This document shows, one piece after another, positions 37,955 to 49,487 of a DNA stretch of 64,000 bases (the stretch's first letter is position 1; every line of letters begins with the position of its first letter). Under the pieces are notes generated by a model. That model saw nothing but the letters and a program-made list of their open reading frames with translations, was not told the DNA's origin and searched no databases. Both the position numbers and the translations under genes were made by a program. The stretch comes from Microbotryum violaceum (lineage: Eukaryota): contig CDLV01000014.1 in assembly GCA_001244265.2 (NCBI GenBank), positions 186,001-250,000 on the forward strand. Reading direction: 5' to 3'.

Positions 37955-40900
37955 ATGACTCTATTCATCCCTGGAGCTCCACTGCTAATGCTCCCTTCTC
38001 TCCATCCACACCTATGCGCCCTTGAGCCTGGTCCAGGCCCTACTTCCCCACAGTCATGCATCAGGGCCGAGCAGCACTTACCGGCGGAGGCGACGGAGGC
38101 GTTTGTAGCGGCTAAGGATGTCAAGGCCTCGGCGGAGGAGACTAATGAGCCTCAGCGAGGTCAGTCCACTCATCTTTCGAGCACTATCTGAGCCTCTCTC
38201 TATCCAGGCGAACATCAACTGACGACATGACGGCACTATTTCGCATTGTTGTCGGGGCAACGCCGACTGCCCTGCCTCAGCCTCAAGCGCTGGGTCCTCG
38301 TCGTCGTCCGAAAAAGAGGGGTGCACCCCAACTGGCCTCGATCGATCGCCGCAGCTCGTCGACGAGTCGGGCAGCGACGACCACAAGCCTCAGCCGCTCG
38401 AAAATGATGACCTCGATCTCAGCCTGGCATCAATCCCTTCCCTTGATTACCTCTCTCTCGACGACGACGACGACGACGACGACGACGGCGACCCACATGG
38501 TGATCACCGATTCGGGCTTTCCTCCACGTCGTCGTGCCGCTCCAACGTCACCCTCTTCTCCCCCTCGTTGACGTCGAGCGACGAGTTTGCGCACAGCAAC
38601 GACTCCCCCTTCGGCCTCACTCATTCTAGACTCGCTCCAACGGCTCGGCCATTCGTCTTTGTTCCTAAAGCTCACCGTAGCGAAGCGGATGGTGCCGCAA
38701 AGGAGCAAGCGCCACGAGACCGAGCGGCGCTTCTGCCCACTGCCCCGGTCGCCAGCACCATTCCCGGCGCTTTCGAGCCGAAACAATCGCGCCAATCCCT
38801 TGCTCCTTTGAATGTGGAGTTAAGCACCCATCCATTGACTCCCCAATTTGCCGATTTGCGCTCAAAAGCAAACTTAGACGGCGTCGAACAATGGCGAAAG
38901 CTCACGGCGGCGGATCCGAAGGCAAGCACCTGGTCGTTCGATGAAGTCGGACATCTGACGAGCGAAGGCGCGCGCTACAACATCGCGGACGAGATTTTGC
39001 GACTTCAATCTCAGGCGGATCAGGAGTCATTGACCCTCGAGCAGGCTGCAGACATGACGTGCCACTCTCCCTCGCACAAGCTTCAAAGTGGTCACTGGTC
39101 GAATGAGACCGTTTGGCCAGAGCCATCCAGCTCCAATTCGCTCGATCGACCGGCTGCGTTTCCTACCTTTCCACGAGGACTATCTCCAATTTCTTCGAAC
39201 AGTGACGCATTTTCGCGTCGACCTCACAACTCCTCACCTGATGACGGCCTTTCCAACCTTCCCCGACCCATCCGCACTCGCAATTCAAGTCTTGAATCTA
39301 GTAAATATGCGTACATCAAACCTGGGGTGTTCCGAGAAGCTTCGACGTATGTCTCTCACCCTGATTCAGAGTTTGAACGGCTCCGAGGCGAGTCTCATGG
39401 GCCCGGTGGCGCTACGCAGCCCCTCGTCTCCCCCGAGTCCACCCCAGCTCCACTCCCAACTCGTGCCCGAGCTCGATCGATGCTGGCTTCGTCGTCGGAA
39501 CTGGCGATGCACGATGCCTTGTACCTCGAAACGCGCAACACGTTCATTCGTCAGGCTCTCATCAACAAGGGTCTCCCTGCCACGCTTGCAAATCAGGAGG
39601 CTATGATCTCGCTGTTTGACCAAGCGATGCGATCCGACTCCCCCTTGTCGCTTTTGGCCGACTTGAACGAGCCTCCTGGCGTGAGCTCCTTCGAGCCCTT
39701 CTCCGAGCACAGGCGCGCGTCGGTAGATGTCGTCGCTTCGCACTCGGCGCGGGCTCCGCTCAACGACGGCCTAGGAGGCCCTCACTCTGGCAACAGAAAA
39801 CACGGTCTTTACAAGACCGAGCTTTGTCGTGGCTGGGAGGAGAAAGGCTCGTGTCGATACGGTAGCAAGTGCCAGTTCGCGCACGGGGTCGAAGATTTAC
39901 GCTACCTTAACAGGCACCCCAAGGTGCGTAGAGGCACGCCTTTGCTTCTGAAGCTACCTGAAGCTAATTTTTGAATGTTGATGATCCCCTTAGTTCAAAT
40001 CAGAGGTGTGCCGAACGTTTTGGCTTCATGGTTCGTGCCCGTACGGTCGTCGGTGAGTGACAGAGTTGCTGCGCACGCTTCGCAGCTCGAGAACTGATCT
40101 ATGTCTACTCGCTTTAGCTGTTGCTTTATTCACACCACCGTACCTCCCGAGTCTTCCCTTCACAAGCAATCTTCTGCAACTTCGCCAGCCTCTTGCCCAT
40201 CGCCCTCTGAATCCTTCCACGGCAACGACTCGACCATTTCGGACCGTCGAGACTCCTCAAAGCAAGAGGCAAGGACTGGCAACTCAGTGCCATCAATCGC
40301 AAGTCTCGGATTTGGTCCAGCTTTGTCGAGCTATCTCGCGCCCTCGGTCACGACCTCCGTTCCACTGCCGACGCCGAACATAAAGCGCGTGGACCACGAC
40401 GCTGACGCGATGTGGTCCGAGCTCGGTCACGATTCGACGGGCGTCTCCTCCCTGGGATCTCGGCTAGGCGGTCATTCGAAGCACTCTTCGGAGCCCATCT
40501 CATCGGTCGGCCTTGGTCTCCGCACACCGAATCCTAGCGAGGTACCTCCTACCTTTCAATCCCCTCCTCGCTCGCGCCTTCAACGTCTGGCGAGCTTTCC
40601 GTCCAGTGCTTTCTCATCCGTCGCACGCACGCAGTCGGACGACTTTCCCGGTCGCCCAACCGAGCATCCTGCGCGCTCAAATGGCTACAGTCCTTCCAAA
40701 GACCTCTTGCACAGCCGACAGGGCAGTATCTCTTCTGTGGCCTCTTTCAACTCGTCTTGCTCGGGTTCAAGCTCCACGTCTTTCGCCTCGCTCGCCCAGA
40801 ACCGCTCTCTCCGCAACGCTTCGCTCTCTCGAACCAAAAGCTTCGGTTCCCTGGACCTCTTCCCTCAGGAAGTTAATGGTCTGTCCCTGCAACGCGTCGG

Positions 40901-41012
40901 TAGTTCTTGGCTCGGTGGAGCAGGCTTGAGCACCAAAGTCCGCATGCTCAGCTCGAACGGCGCAACTGGCGACGGCCGCGTTCAAGCTCGCGCTCTTGAT
41001 TGGGACGGTTGA
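37955..41012 (+). CDS. Tandem CCCH zinc-finger mRNA-binding protein (TTP/Zfs1/Cth2 family)
   Basis: '[26 protein letters not shown]...[29 protein letters not shown]' after removing introns ~39924-39993 and ~40053-40117. A putative first intron 38160-38280 links ATG 37955 in frame. (GAC)8 encodes poly-Asp at ~38460. Confidence 0.88.
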
Positions 41013-42002
41013 CTTTCTGCGCGCATGCCCTCTTTCCACACCTCTTTGTTATAAATTCGAGTCGTACTATATGTGAGTTTATCATTGTTTCCTCCGCATG
41101 GTCTGCTCGATGCTGTTTGTTTGTATCACTGTCGTTATGACGATCATCTCCGCCTCTTTCTGTTCGCTGCTTTTTCGCATGCTTGCATATTTCTTGTATC
41201 TCTTAGATCTCTTCCTACCCCTTCTGGTTTTCCGTCTCTACTTCCTTCCTCATAGAGTGCCGGCTTTTTTTTTTTACCATCGGACAACTCCGGCGGATCC
41301 ATTCCAACACACCTAAATGCAAAACAAGTCGGATCTAAAGTGCAGTATATAACTGTAATTTAGGGTCGGCGGAATTCTTATGCAGTACAACCGCTTGAGC
41401 ATTTTAAGTGGTATTTTGGGTGCACCACTTCATTGCCACAAGGCCGACACCAACTTTGCAACCCAACATAACCCTACTTTCCATTTCCCCTTTTGGTGTG
41501 AGTCAGCTTCACGAGCGAGGATTTTACTTTTCCCCAGTCCGAAGACACGCAAGCGGGACAAATTACCCGCAGTCCGCAGTCCGACGTTGGTGCCTTCTTC
41601 ACGTGACTTGCACGTGACTTCTGGTCAGCCACGAGCCCAGTTTCGCAAAACTCTGCAACTATATCGTTCTCGCACAGCCGCTGCGTGAGGTGACTCATTC
41701 GTATTGATGCAGTGCTTCCAAGCCAAAGAGTGATCCACAGAAGAGGGGATCCAGCGAACGGGGTAGGCGTCTGGCTTGGAAGACACATCCGAGACAGGGG
41801 TACTCAGAGCTGTGGTCTCAACTCGAGGTCCAAGAAAATTGGTAATGAGATCACAAGGAAGATAGGGACACAAAGGTGAGGTAATCTATAATAGGTGAGT
41901 CGGAGGTTACGCCTTCATGACTGATCACGAAATCATGCAGAACTGAAGAGCGAGCCCGGCAACTCGCTGGAGCGAGAACGAGCGCGAACCCTTACCAAGG
42001 GT

Positions 42003-44135
42003 CTATTGGATCCACTTGGACCTCGCCCGAAGCCTGGGCCCGGTTCGGATCAAGAGGTACAATAACGGTACCATGATGAAGGTCAGCCCTGAAAGCACTG
42101 AGCACCCCACCCCGAGCCCGAGCGCATTGAAGTAGTAACCTCCGAAGAGAGGAAACATACTGGCGAAACTTGAACGGAAGAGATCGTTGCCTGCCAGGAT
42201 TGACGCGGCCAACGTGGGTGGGTAGGAGCTCGAGATGTACACGAGGATGCATTGAAAGATGAGGAAGATGCCGGGGAGGTATAGACCCGCTCCGATTGTG
42301 GGGACGATCCAGTGCGTTTCTTCCTCGCCAGCCCAGCCGAACATGAGGAGTGACACGGGAATGAAGAGGCCGGCGACGACCCCGAGTTCGAGGCGTGCTT
42401 CGGGGACAAAGCCAGGTCGATCCATTCGGGGATTGAAGTGGTAGACCACGTAGAGAACGTAGAGCCCAAAGGTGATGAGGCCAGAAACGATAAAGGCCAG
42501 GTAAGGTAAACCAGAGATACCGAGGGAGAAGCGATACGTCTCGTTGTAAACGATCGGGAATGCTTCGAACCAGAGGTAGAAGCAGGCGTACACCAAGGCG
42601 ATATACGAGTTGGCGAAGAGCACCGCTGGCTCAGCAGTAAGCTGGAACGCACGTTTAAGATTACTCCGGGCCAGTTGAACGAAATTCTCCCCCGCAATGG
42701 CGTCGATCTCTGCCTGGGTCCGGAAACGACTGTCACCCGTGCGGAGGCGGAGGCGCTCAGCCCGGCGGATGAGGATTGTTGACTCGAGGGTCTCGGGGAG
42801 TAGGAAGGAGAGTACGAGAAAGGCGAAACCAGAGATCCACATCAGCTCCCAGTTCGGCCAGGTCCATCCTTTGGCTTGCGCTGCGAATGATCCCTTCGAG
42901 ATGATGAGCGCAGAGCTGAAGGTCAGTCGCAGTTGGCCGACTCCTAAGTCGAGCTAATTTTGACCTACGATTACGGGGCCAAGTACGGGGCCAGATACCG
43001 CTCCTATGCTCCAGACGCCGATAGCAATTGGAGCATGTCGGGGACCAAAAAGGTCGAACATGCTAGCCCCTTTTACAATGCAAAGGGTGTGAGTTTCTGA
43101 CTTCAAGGACCACACAGGTCGTGCGGAGGCATGGAGGCACGCACCTCCTGTCGCTATTGCGGGTGACCCGGCGAAACCAGAGGCGAAGCGGAAGACGAGG
43201 ATTGTCGCCATATTTGGTGCAAACACAATGGGGAACTGGAAGATAAAAAAGAAGAGGAGGCCGATGATGTAGACAGGGGTTCGGCCCTGTCGAGGCATCT
43301 CTTGAAGGGGGGCGAGGAACATAGGCCCGATGCCGTAAGCGAGCACTGCAAAGACGGAGGGCAAGTCATGAGCCCCACTGTAATCGTAGTCATAGGTTGT
43401 AGCCCGTCCTAGGTGCCTAACCAGTACAGACACAAAGAAGGCATCCCCTCCAGCCGGAATGTATCCTTTCCAGTATATGATGTACTCACCGAACAACGAT
43501 AGCCCGAGGGTCGCAACGACTGGAGAGATATCAAAGTTATCCAACAGACCCGGAATGGAGGGTGTAAAGATTGGACCACCGATGTATACACTGAATGTGA
43601 GGAAGGCAACCAAGCTAGCGACAAAGCTCTTCTTTCCTGTCGACCAGTTCATCGGACGATCAGGGTCGTTGTCCTCGAACTCGACGAGGAAAGGGTTCTT
43701 CACGAGAGGCGCGGGCGAGGGTCTGGCGGCTTCCTCGTTCGCATTGCCCTTGTCGATGTCGATGTCGGAGATAAGTATCCGGGGAACCGGAGGTGCAGGT
43801 GGGGATGTAGGGTGCTCGACACTGACTCGACCCGTATCAAAGTCCAAGACCACTTGGGGGGGATCGGGGTCTCGCTCGCCGGTAGAATCCTCCTCCTCTT
43901 CCTCGGCAATGTCCTGCAACGAAGAAACGGAACGGTTGCTTCTGCTCCCATCGATAGAAGCAGCAGCGGCGTTATCATCGAAAGGATCACGGACGGTAGA
44001 GGCATCCAAAGCAGCGCGGTAGCGTTCCGGAAGAACGTAGTGGGGGCGTTGGTCTGCGAAGGGTAAGAAGTGACCGCGTGTGAGGCGGTTAAACAACTGG
44101 CCGATAGTCGAATCGCGAATGATATCTGGCGCCAT
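42003..44135 (-). CDS. MFS multidrug transporter, DHA1 family (Flr1/Caf5/Mdr1-like), multi-exon
   Basis: 'MAPDIIRDSTIGQ', 'DPDRPMNWSTGKK', 'YGIGPMFLAPLQEMP..GRTPVY', 'GFAGSPAIATGG', 'GPVLGP', 'LPETLESTILIRRA', 'PEARL' and 'ASILAGNDLFRS', with multiple TM helices. Confidence 0.93.
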
Positions 44136-44516
44136 GGTCGGAGATGGTTCAAGTCAAAGCGCAGGTGATGCAAAAGGTTATCAAGGAAGTAAGAGAGCGC
44201 ACGGCGGCTATTTTGAAAGCGAAATTTGGTCGCTGAGTCTGTGGCGAGAGTTTCGGCGCGCCGACGGGCTGGGTGCGAGGCAGGGGTGAAAGTCCGGAAC
44301 AGACGGTGCGCTGCGCAGAGAGTGGTGTCTGACCTTTCTGAGTCAGCCTCGGGGCCGACGGTCTCGCAGAACGGACGCCGGTATGGGTGTCACAGGAATG
44401 CTCCGAACAAAGCCTAGCATCTCATAAGAAACAGTGAAAGTCACGCCCCGTGGAAGAGGCTGTCTCAGTCTCAAGCGTAGGAACTTCCTGCGTATATCAC
44501 TGAGGGTCGGTTAATT

Positions 44517-44940
44517 CCGGTAATACCCATTCTGAAGGATATTACCCAGGTCTCACCTGGGTATTGTCCCGAGCGCGCCTGGGTAATACCCAGCTGACGG
44601 GTAATACCCAGGCGCGCGGTATTAACCCCACGTCGGGCATTAACTCTCTGACGGGTATTACCCATCTCCGCGGGTAATACCCAGCCGACGGGGAATACCC
44701 GGGCGCGCGGTAATACCCCCAGCCGGGTATTAACTTTGACATGGGTAATACCCAGCTTACGGGTAATACCCAGTCGAGGGTAATACCCGGCTGGGGGTTA
44801 ATACCCAGCTGAATGGGGTTAATACCCAGCTGAAGGGGGTAATACCCAGCTGAAGGGGTAATAACCAGGCGCGCGGTAATACCCCCAGCCGGGTATTAAC
44901 TTTGACATGGGTAATATCTGCCTGGATGGTTATTCCCCGG
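44517..44940. repeat. Left subterminal array of about 22-23 GGGTAWTACCC-like palindromic units at ~17-21 bp spacing
   Basis: Counted by eye. Includes a ~49-bp duplicated block (44702-44750 and 44868-44916) and tandem 'ggggt(t)aatacccagctgaa' units at ~44794-44866. Confidence 0.92.
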
Positions 44941-45089
44941 CCTCCGGGTTTCTTCTGTACGTGCAGCGTGGTTACTACCGGGTCTGGGTTGTTACCACCG
45001 CAATACCACCACTCGGATGTCTAGAACTTCTCTGTAACACTCTTGCCTCTGGCAGTGGATGAAACAGACGAGTGAAGGAAGCCAGTGTA

Positions 45090-48000
45090 TTATTCCAGGT
45101 TCAGAAAATTGGGCCGAGCTTCGTCATCCATCCGGTCAAAGATGTACTCCCGGGACTCCTCTCGACCAACCCTCCGATGTATGCGACCAGCTGAGCCGAG
45201 GATGCACCGCAGATCCACAATCTCGACCGCTCCTGAAGCACGTTTACCTTGAGTGAAAAACAAATTCTGATGCTTGTGCCCTCCTACAACAGACAAAGCC
45301 TTCCTCTTTTGCCGCTTTGGCGTCGGCTTGGCAATCGGGGCCCGTTCGACCGTGTCGACAGGTTGCAAGTGGCTCAAACCAAGCGACCTTACCTTCCCAA
45401 GCAGGAAGTTCTATGAAGCGAGAGGAATGTGTCAGGGTCGTAAGGCCGCCTGGCACAACCAAGTGCGAATGCGCGCACCTGCTCCCCATATCGGAACTCA
45501 TAAATCGCCAAAAGTTGACCAAAATGTTTGACACGATCGGCTCCTTCGCCTTCACGAGGGAACGCCTGAGAGTTGTCTCTTGCACGACGTCGACTACTGT
45601 CTATCAATAGATCGTACTGAAAATGCTTCCTCAGCGTAACTGTAATCGTAACCTGGTACTATAACTTACTGAGATCCATGAAGCATCCCGTGTGTCTGCA
45701 GAAACTCTTGCATGCTTTGACAGTCGCTTCGCCGCCGCAATCCGGTCCCGTCCAGAGTCCATGCGGTAGCCTTCAAAAGAATTGATCGACAAGCTCAAAA
45801 TTGATGTCCTGATTGCGTCAACCTATGCGGCAGTGAGCCGCAGATTAGCAATTCGAAATGCCGGATGGATCTGAACCAAATGTGAATACGCACCTTTCGC
45901 TTGAAGACCACAGGGGCCAGCTGACCAAACAATTCGCGTGCAATGAATTGCGCAACTCGCATTACATCGTTGATACCCGGTCCCTGCTTCAGCTTGTCAC
46001 TGCGCCGTCCGTAAAGACCCAAAGCTTCGGCCCCCGAGTCCCCATTTTCACTCGAAGCTTGTCGTGATGCGGCCGCGGACGAACCGCGCATTTGATCTCC
46101 CGTTGCGTTCATGAATAACCCCCGTGACTGTTGCATCTGCTTGTCCTGCTAATGCTTCATCAGTGCCGGTACAGTGATGGGATAAGAGAAGCGAGGAAAG
46201 CGCGAACACGCCATTTGCAAAGCAGCATCCGCACACACATCTGCATGGGTTACAGAGAAGTGGTCAGAGATTTTACATCGCAATCAACTCGTATTCCTTG
46301 GGCAGAGCATTACTGACAACAATTCACTGCTTCATACGGTAGACAATGAGCCTTGCTTGCAACACGCTTGACCGTTTGGTTGAGCTGCTCCATGGCAAAG
46401 CACCAAGTCATGGCAGGTGGCCCATGCCATTCGATGAAATCGGCTATGTGTAAGACCGCATGAACCGAGTGCGGCAAATTGATCAAGTGAACTGATTTCC
46501 CTGAGTAATATAATCTGAAGCCGAGGTAAACAAGGCAGATTAGGGTCAGATGACTGAGGTCCTTCAGGGAAGAGTGGCACCGTGAGGGCTTACAATTCAA
46601 ACTCGGTACACCAGGAGGCTATGTCACGTCGAAGAGCGCCATCCTTGGCTACATCCTCCTTGTTGATTTTCATAGCCATGCAATCTTTAACCCACCTCCG
46701 AAGCGCCAGGAAGTGGGCGAAATATTTGGCGGGCAGTCAATCATGAAGAACACAGGGGCCAACATAGAGAATCCAGTTCGACCAATCCTCTGCAGTCATT
46801 GCTCCAGTCTGTAGGTGGATGTTGGGCATCTTTCGAGCGAATAGGCTGGGTATTGTCTTTGCGCCGTTGGTAATTTCCTGGCCAATGTCCTCCCATATTT
46901 TGTTTGGTATCACCCAGTCAGGTAAGTCGGTCCCAAGCGCTTCGTCTACTGCGGCCGCGGACGTCGTTGCTTCTGCACTAGCCGCCGATGTCACCTTTCC
47001 TTGCGCGGATCTGCCTCTCTGAGCTTGTGGCGCCTGGATCTTGTAACCCTTTGATTTCTGAGCCGCCAAGTCACCATGCCACATATTGAAGAGCTTTCGA
47101 GCGACGTTTTCGAAGACAGCGTGCATGAAGTCCGAAGGTCCGTCTTGATGAAGCGAAAATCCAGGAAGGTGCGCCGCCGAGCTCAGCTTGCTGAGGCCGA
47201 ATGTAGATTTTTTTTCCGATGCCGCTTCGCGGATCGTTGCTTCCGAACGCATGGGAAGATCCAAAGCGGTCAGATCAGATCGGTTCGCATGCGATGAGTC
47301 GAGAGGCATCTTGAGGGGGTAGTATTGTGATTGTGGGCAGCAGCGCATGGAACCCTTGAATGAGGCAGACTCGGCAAGGCCATTTGGCGGTTGGACCCTT
47401 GAAACCAAGCATCTTTGAGAGAGCAGGTCCGTCGCCTCCAATCACGTGTATGAACCATCGCTGTCGCACCATGGTCTGTCAATGCGGCAATGTGAATCAG
47501 TCTCCACGGGGCGGAGGATATGCAGGACTTAACTCGGCGACGCTATTACACACCTCTGTAACACCGTCAAAGACCATGTGTCCGTTTCTAGCCGATGCTC
47601 GAGCATCTTCGTAGAGGGGATGAAGAAATGAATCAATGTCTTTGGGGCCCTTGGGGCCGGGTATGATGCCGACGGTCATGAGATGCTTCTTCTTGTAACG
47701 TATCTCTGGCGGTAGGTTGTAATTGATCATCATGATTGGCCAGCATTCGCTCTGAGTCTTGTTGAATAGTTGAATGCCATCGGTGAACAGCCCGAACGCG
47801 ACGTCGACATCGTTCTCATAATACTTGACGTTGATTGTAGAGACGGTCGGTTGGGATGCACCTGCGATAGGTGGGTTCGTCCATGATATGTTCTGATCCA
47901 GCTTCTCGCGATAACGATCACCGTCAAATAAGTCCACGACCTCTTGAGGATCTCGATTGCGCTCAAAGTCGGATCGATAACCCATCAAGGAGGCGTACAC

Positions 48001-49287
48001 TCGATCGCGCAGGTAGATGTTTAAGCACACGTCGGGCGACAGGTACAGAAATGTATTTTGAGGATGGCCATTTTGATCCAGTTTCGGCGAACTGCGTACT
48101 GGACAACGTGTCAATGCTTCTCTCGGCCCAGTGAAAGCAACACAGGTCTTGACGCAGCAGGGTATCCGAACAGGCTTCAAGCCTAAATCGACGAACTGTC
48201 AGCGAACACTGCGCTTTCAAGATCAAGAACGGAATGCAACCCGACTACTTACCTGTCAATGCAAACACTCGAGCACGTACTTTCTGCAAACTAGGCCGAC
48301 TCCCAAGTACCTCCCAGATTTTGCTCGCCTGGCGCGTCATCTTGTACATATGTCGAAAAGAAAAGTCATACAGTGTGTCCACGTCGTAGTACGGGAGAGC
48401 CTTGGCTGAAGGCAGTGGAGCAGAGGTTCACATCAGGGACGCAGCACTCGCCTACTCACTAGCAACATTCAATTTATGATATGAATCTCACCCAACTCGA
48501 TCTCTTGGCGAACTTCCTCCTCTGCCACTGCGCGCTCCTGGGAGCTGGACAATCGGGATGTGGTGGGTGTGTTGTAGACACCATTGGCATCCAACCGTTG
48601 ATCCCCTCCCAAAGTTCCTCGACGACAAGTGGATCGTCGTCGTCGAATGGGAGCGAGCTCGAACTGTAATTGTCGAGGGGCTGCAGGGCGGGGGATGTCG
48701 TCTCCAAAGCGGAAGTCATTTCAAACAGTTGTGTCTGGCGAAGTACGTCTTGGTCCGACTCCAGTGCATGGCCTTCGAAACTGTCCATTGACCCCCCCAT
48801 CCAAGAAGCTCGCTCGAAATCGTAATCGCCTTCAGGGATCTGGGGAAGCTCGGGGCTGATGTTCATACTGAATTCTTCGCTCTCGTAGGGCAGCGATGGT
48901 GAGTTTGGTGCATTGGTGTGCGAAATATTACTCGAGACGCTGCCATAGGCTTGTGTGTCGTTTGAAAGCGTCGAGTCATTGAGCTGAGCGCCCATCGAAG
49001 AACGCCTTTCGCGACACGATTCGCTCGGCGGATTGGGTATATTTTTGTGGCGAGCGGGTTGCGAATCAACTGGGTGTAGGTCGTGGGGGCTGGAATAATT
49101 GAGACTGGGGACCAGGCGGTGCTAGAAGCATCGATGGCTGCCGCGGTACCTCGAGAATGGCAGCCTCTTCGGTAGCGCGGGGTTCATTAGGTTGTCGAGC
49201 GTGATGGCGGTAGAAGGTCGCTTTTGACACTGAAGCCCCTTTGCACCAGGAACAAGGGCATGGGCGAGAGGTTGTGTTGCCCGCCAT
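45090..49287 (-). pseudogene. Transposase (Transposase_21/Tnp2, TnpD-like), intron-containing, disrupted by frameshifts and stops
   Basis: N-terminal 'CPCSWC...SKATFYRH', 'CVKTCVAFTGP', 'LFTDGIQLF...WPIMMINYNLPPEIRY...IIPGPKGPKDIDSFLHPL', 'GDGPALSKMLGFKG...PCRVC', 'DFMHAVFENV', 'HAVLHIADFIEWHGP...WCFAMEQ' and 'VDLRCILGSAGRI...YIFDR'. Frameshifts near 49085 and 47350, stop at 46737-46739. Confidence 0.88.
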
Positions 49288-49487
49288 GGCGGAGCGAACG
49301 AGCGGTGCACGTTTACCACCGTTGAGGGTCCGGAAGAAGACTTTGCAAAAATTGTGGCGCAGTCGGCGCAGTCGTGCAGTTTGCGTGCGCGTCTTCGTTT
49401 CTCTGTTTCTCTCTTTCCCTCCTTCCGCCCACGTGTTCAGTCCTTCTCCCACCCACCATTCATCCACTGCCACACGGGAGCGCCGCA

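Noticed and set aside
44491-44497. Candidate 3-bp target-site duplication of the transposon
   Set aside because: Left flank TAT and right flank GTA do not match. The shared GTAT is offset by 2 nt on the left, so no TSD is claimed.
44517-44940. Regularly spaced palindromic repeats resembling a CRISPR array
   Set aside because: The units are 11 bp with 6-10 bp recurring linkers rather than unique spacers, there are no cas genes, the context is eukaryotic, and the same motif mirrors at the other transposon end.
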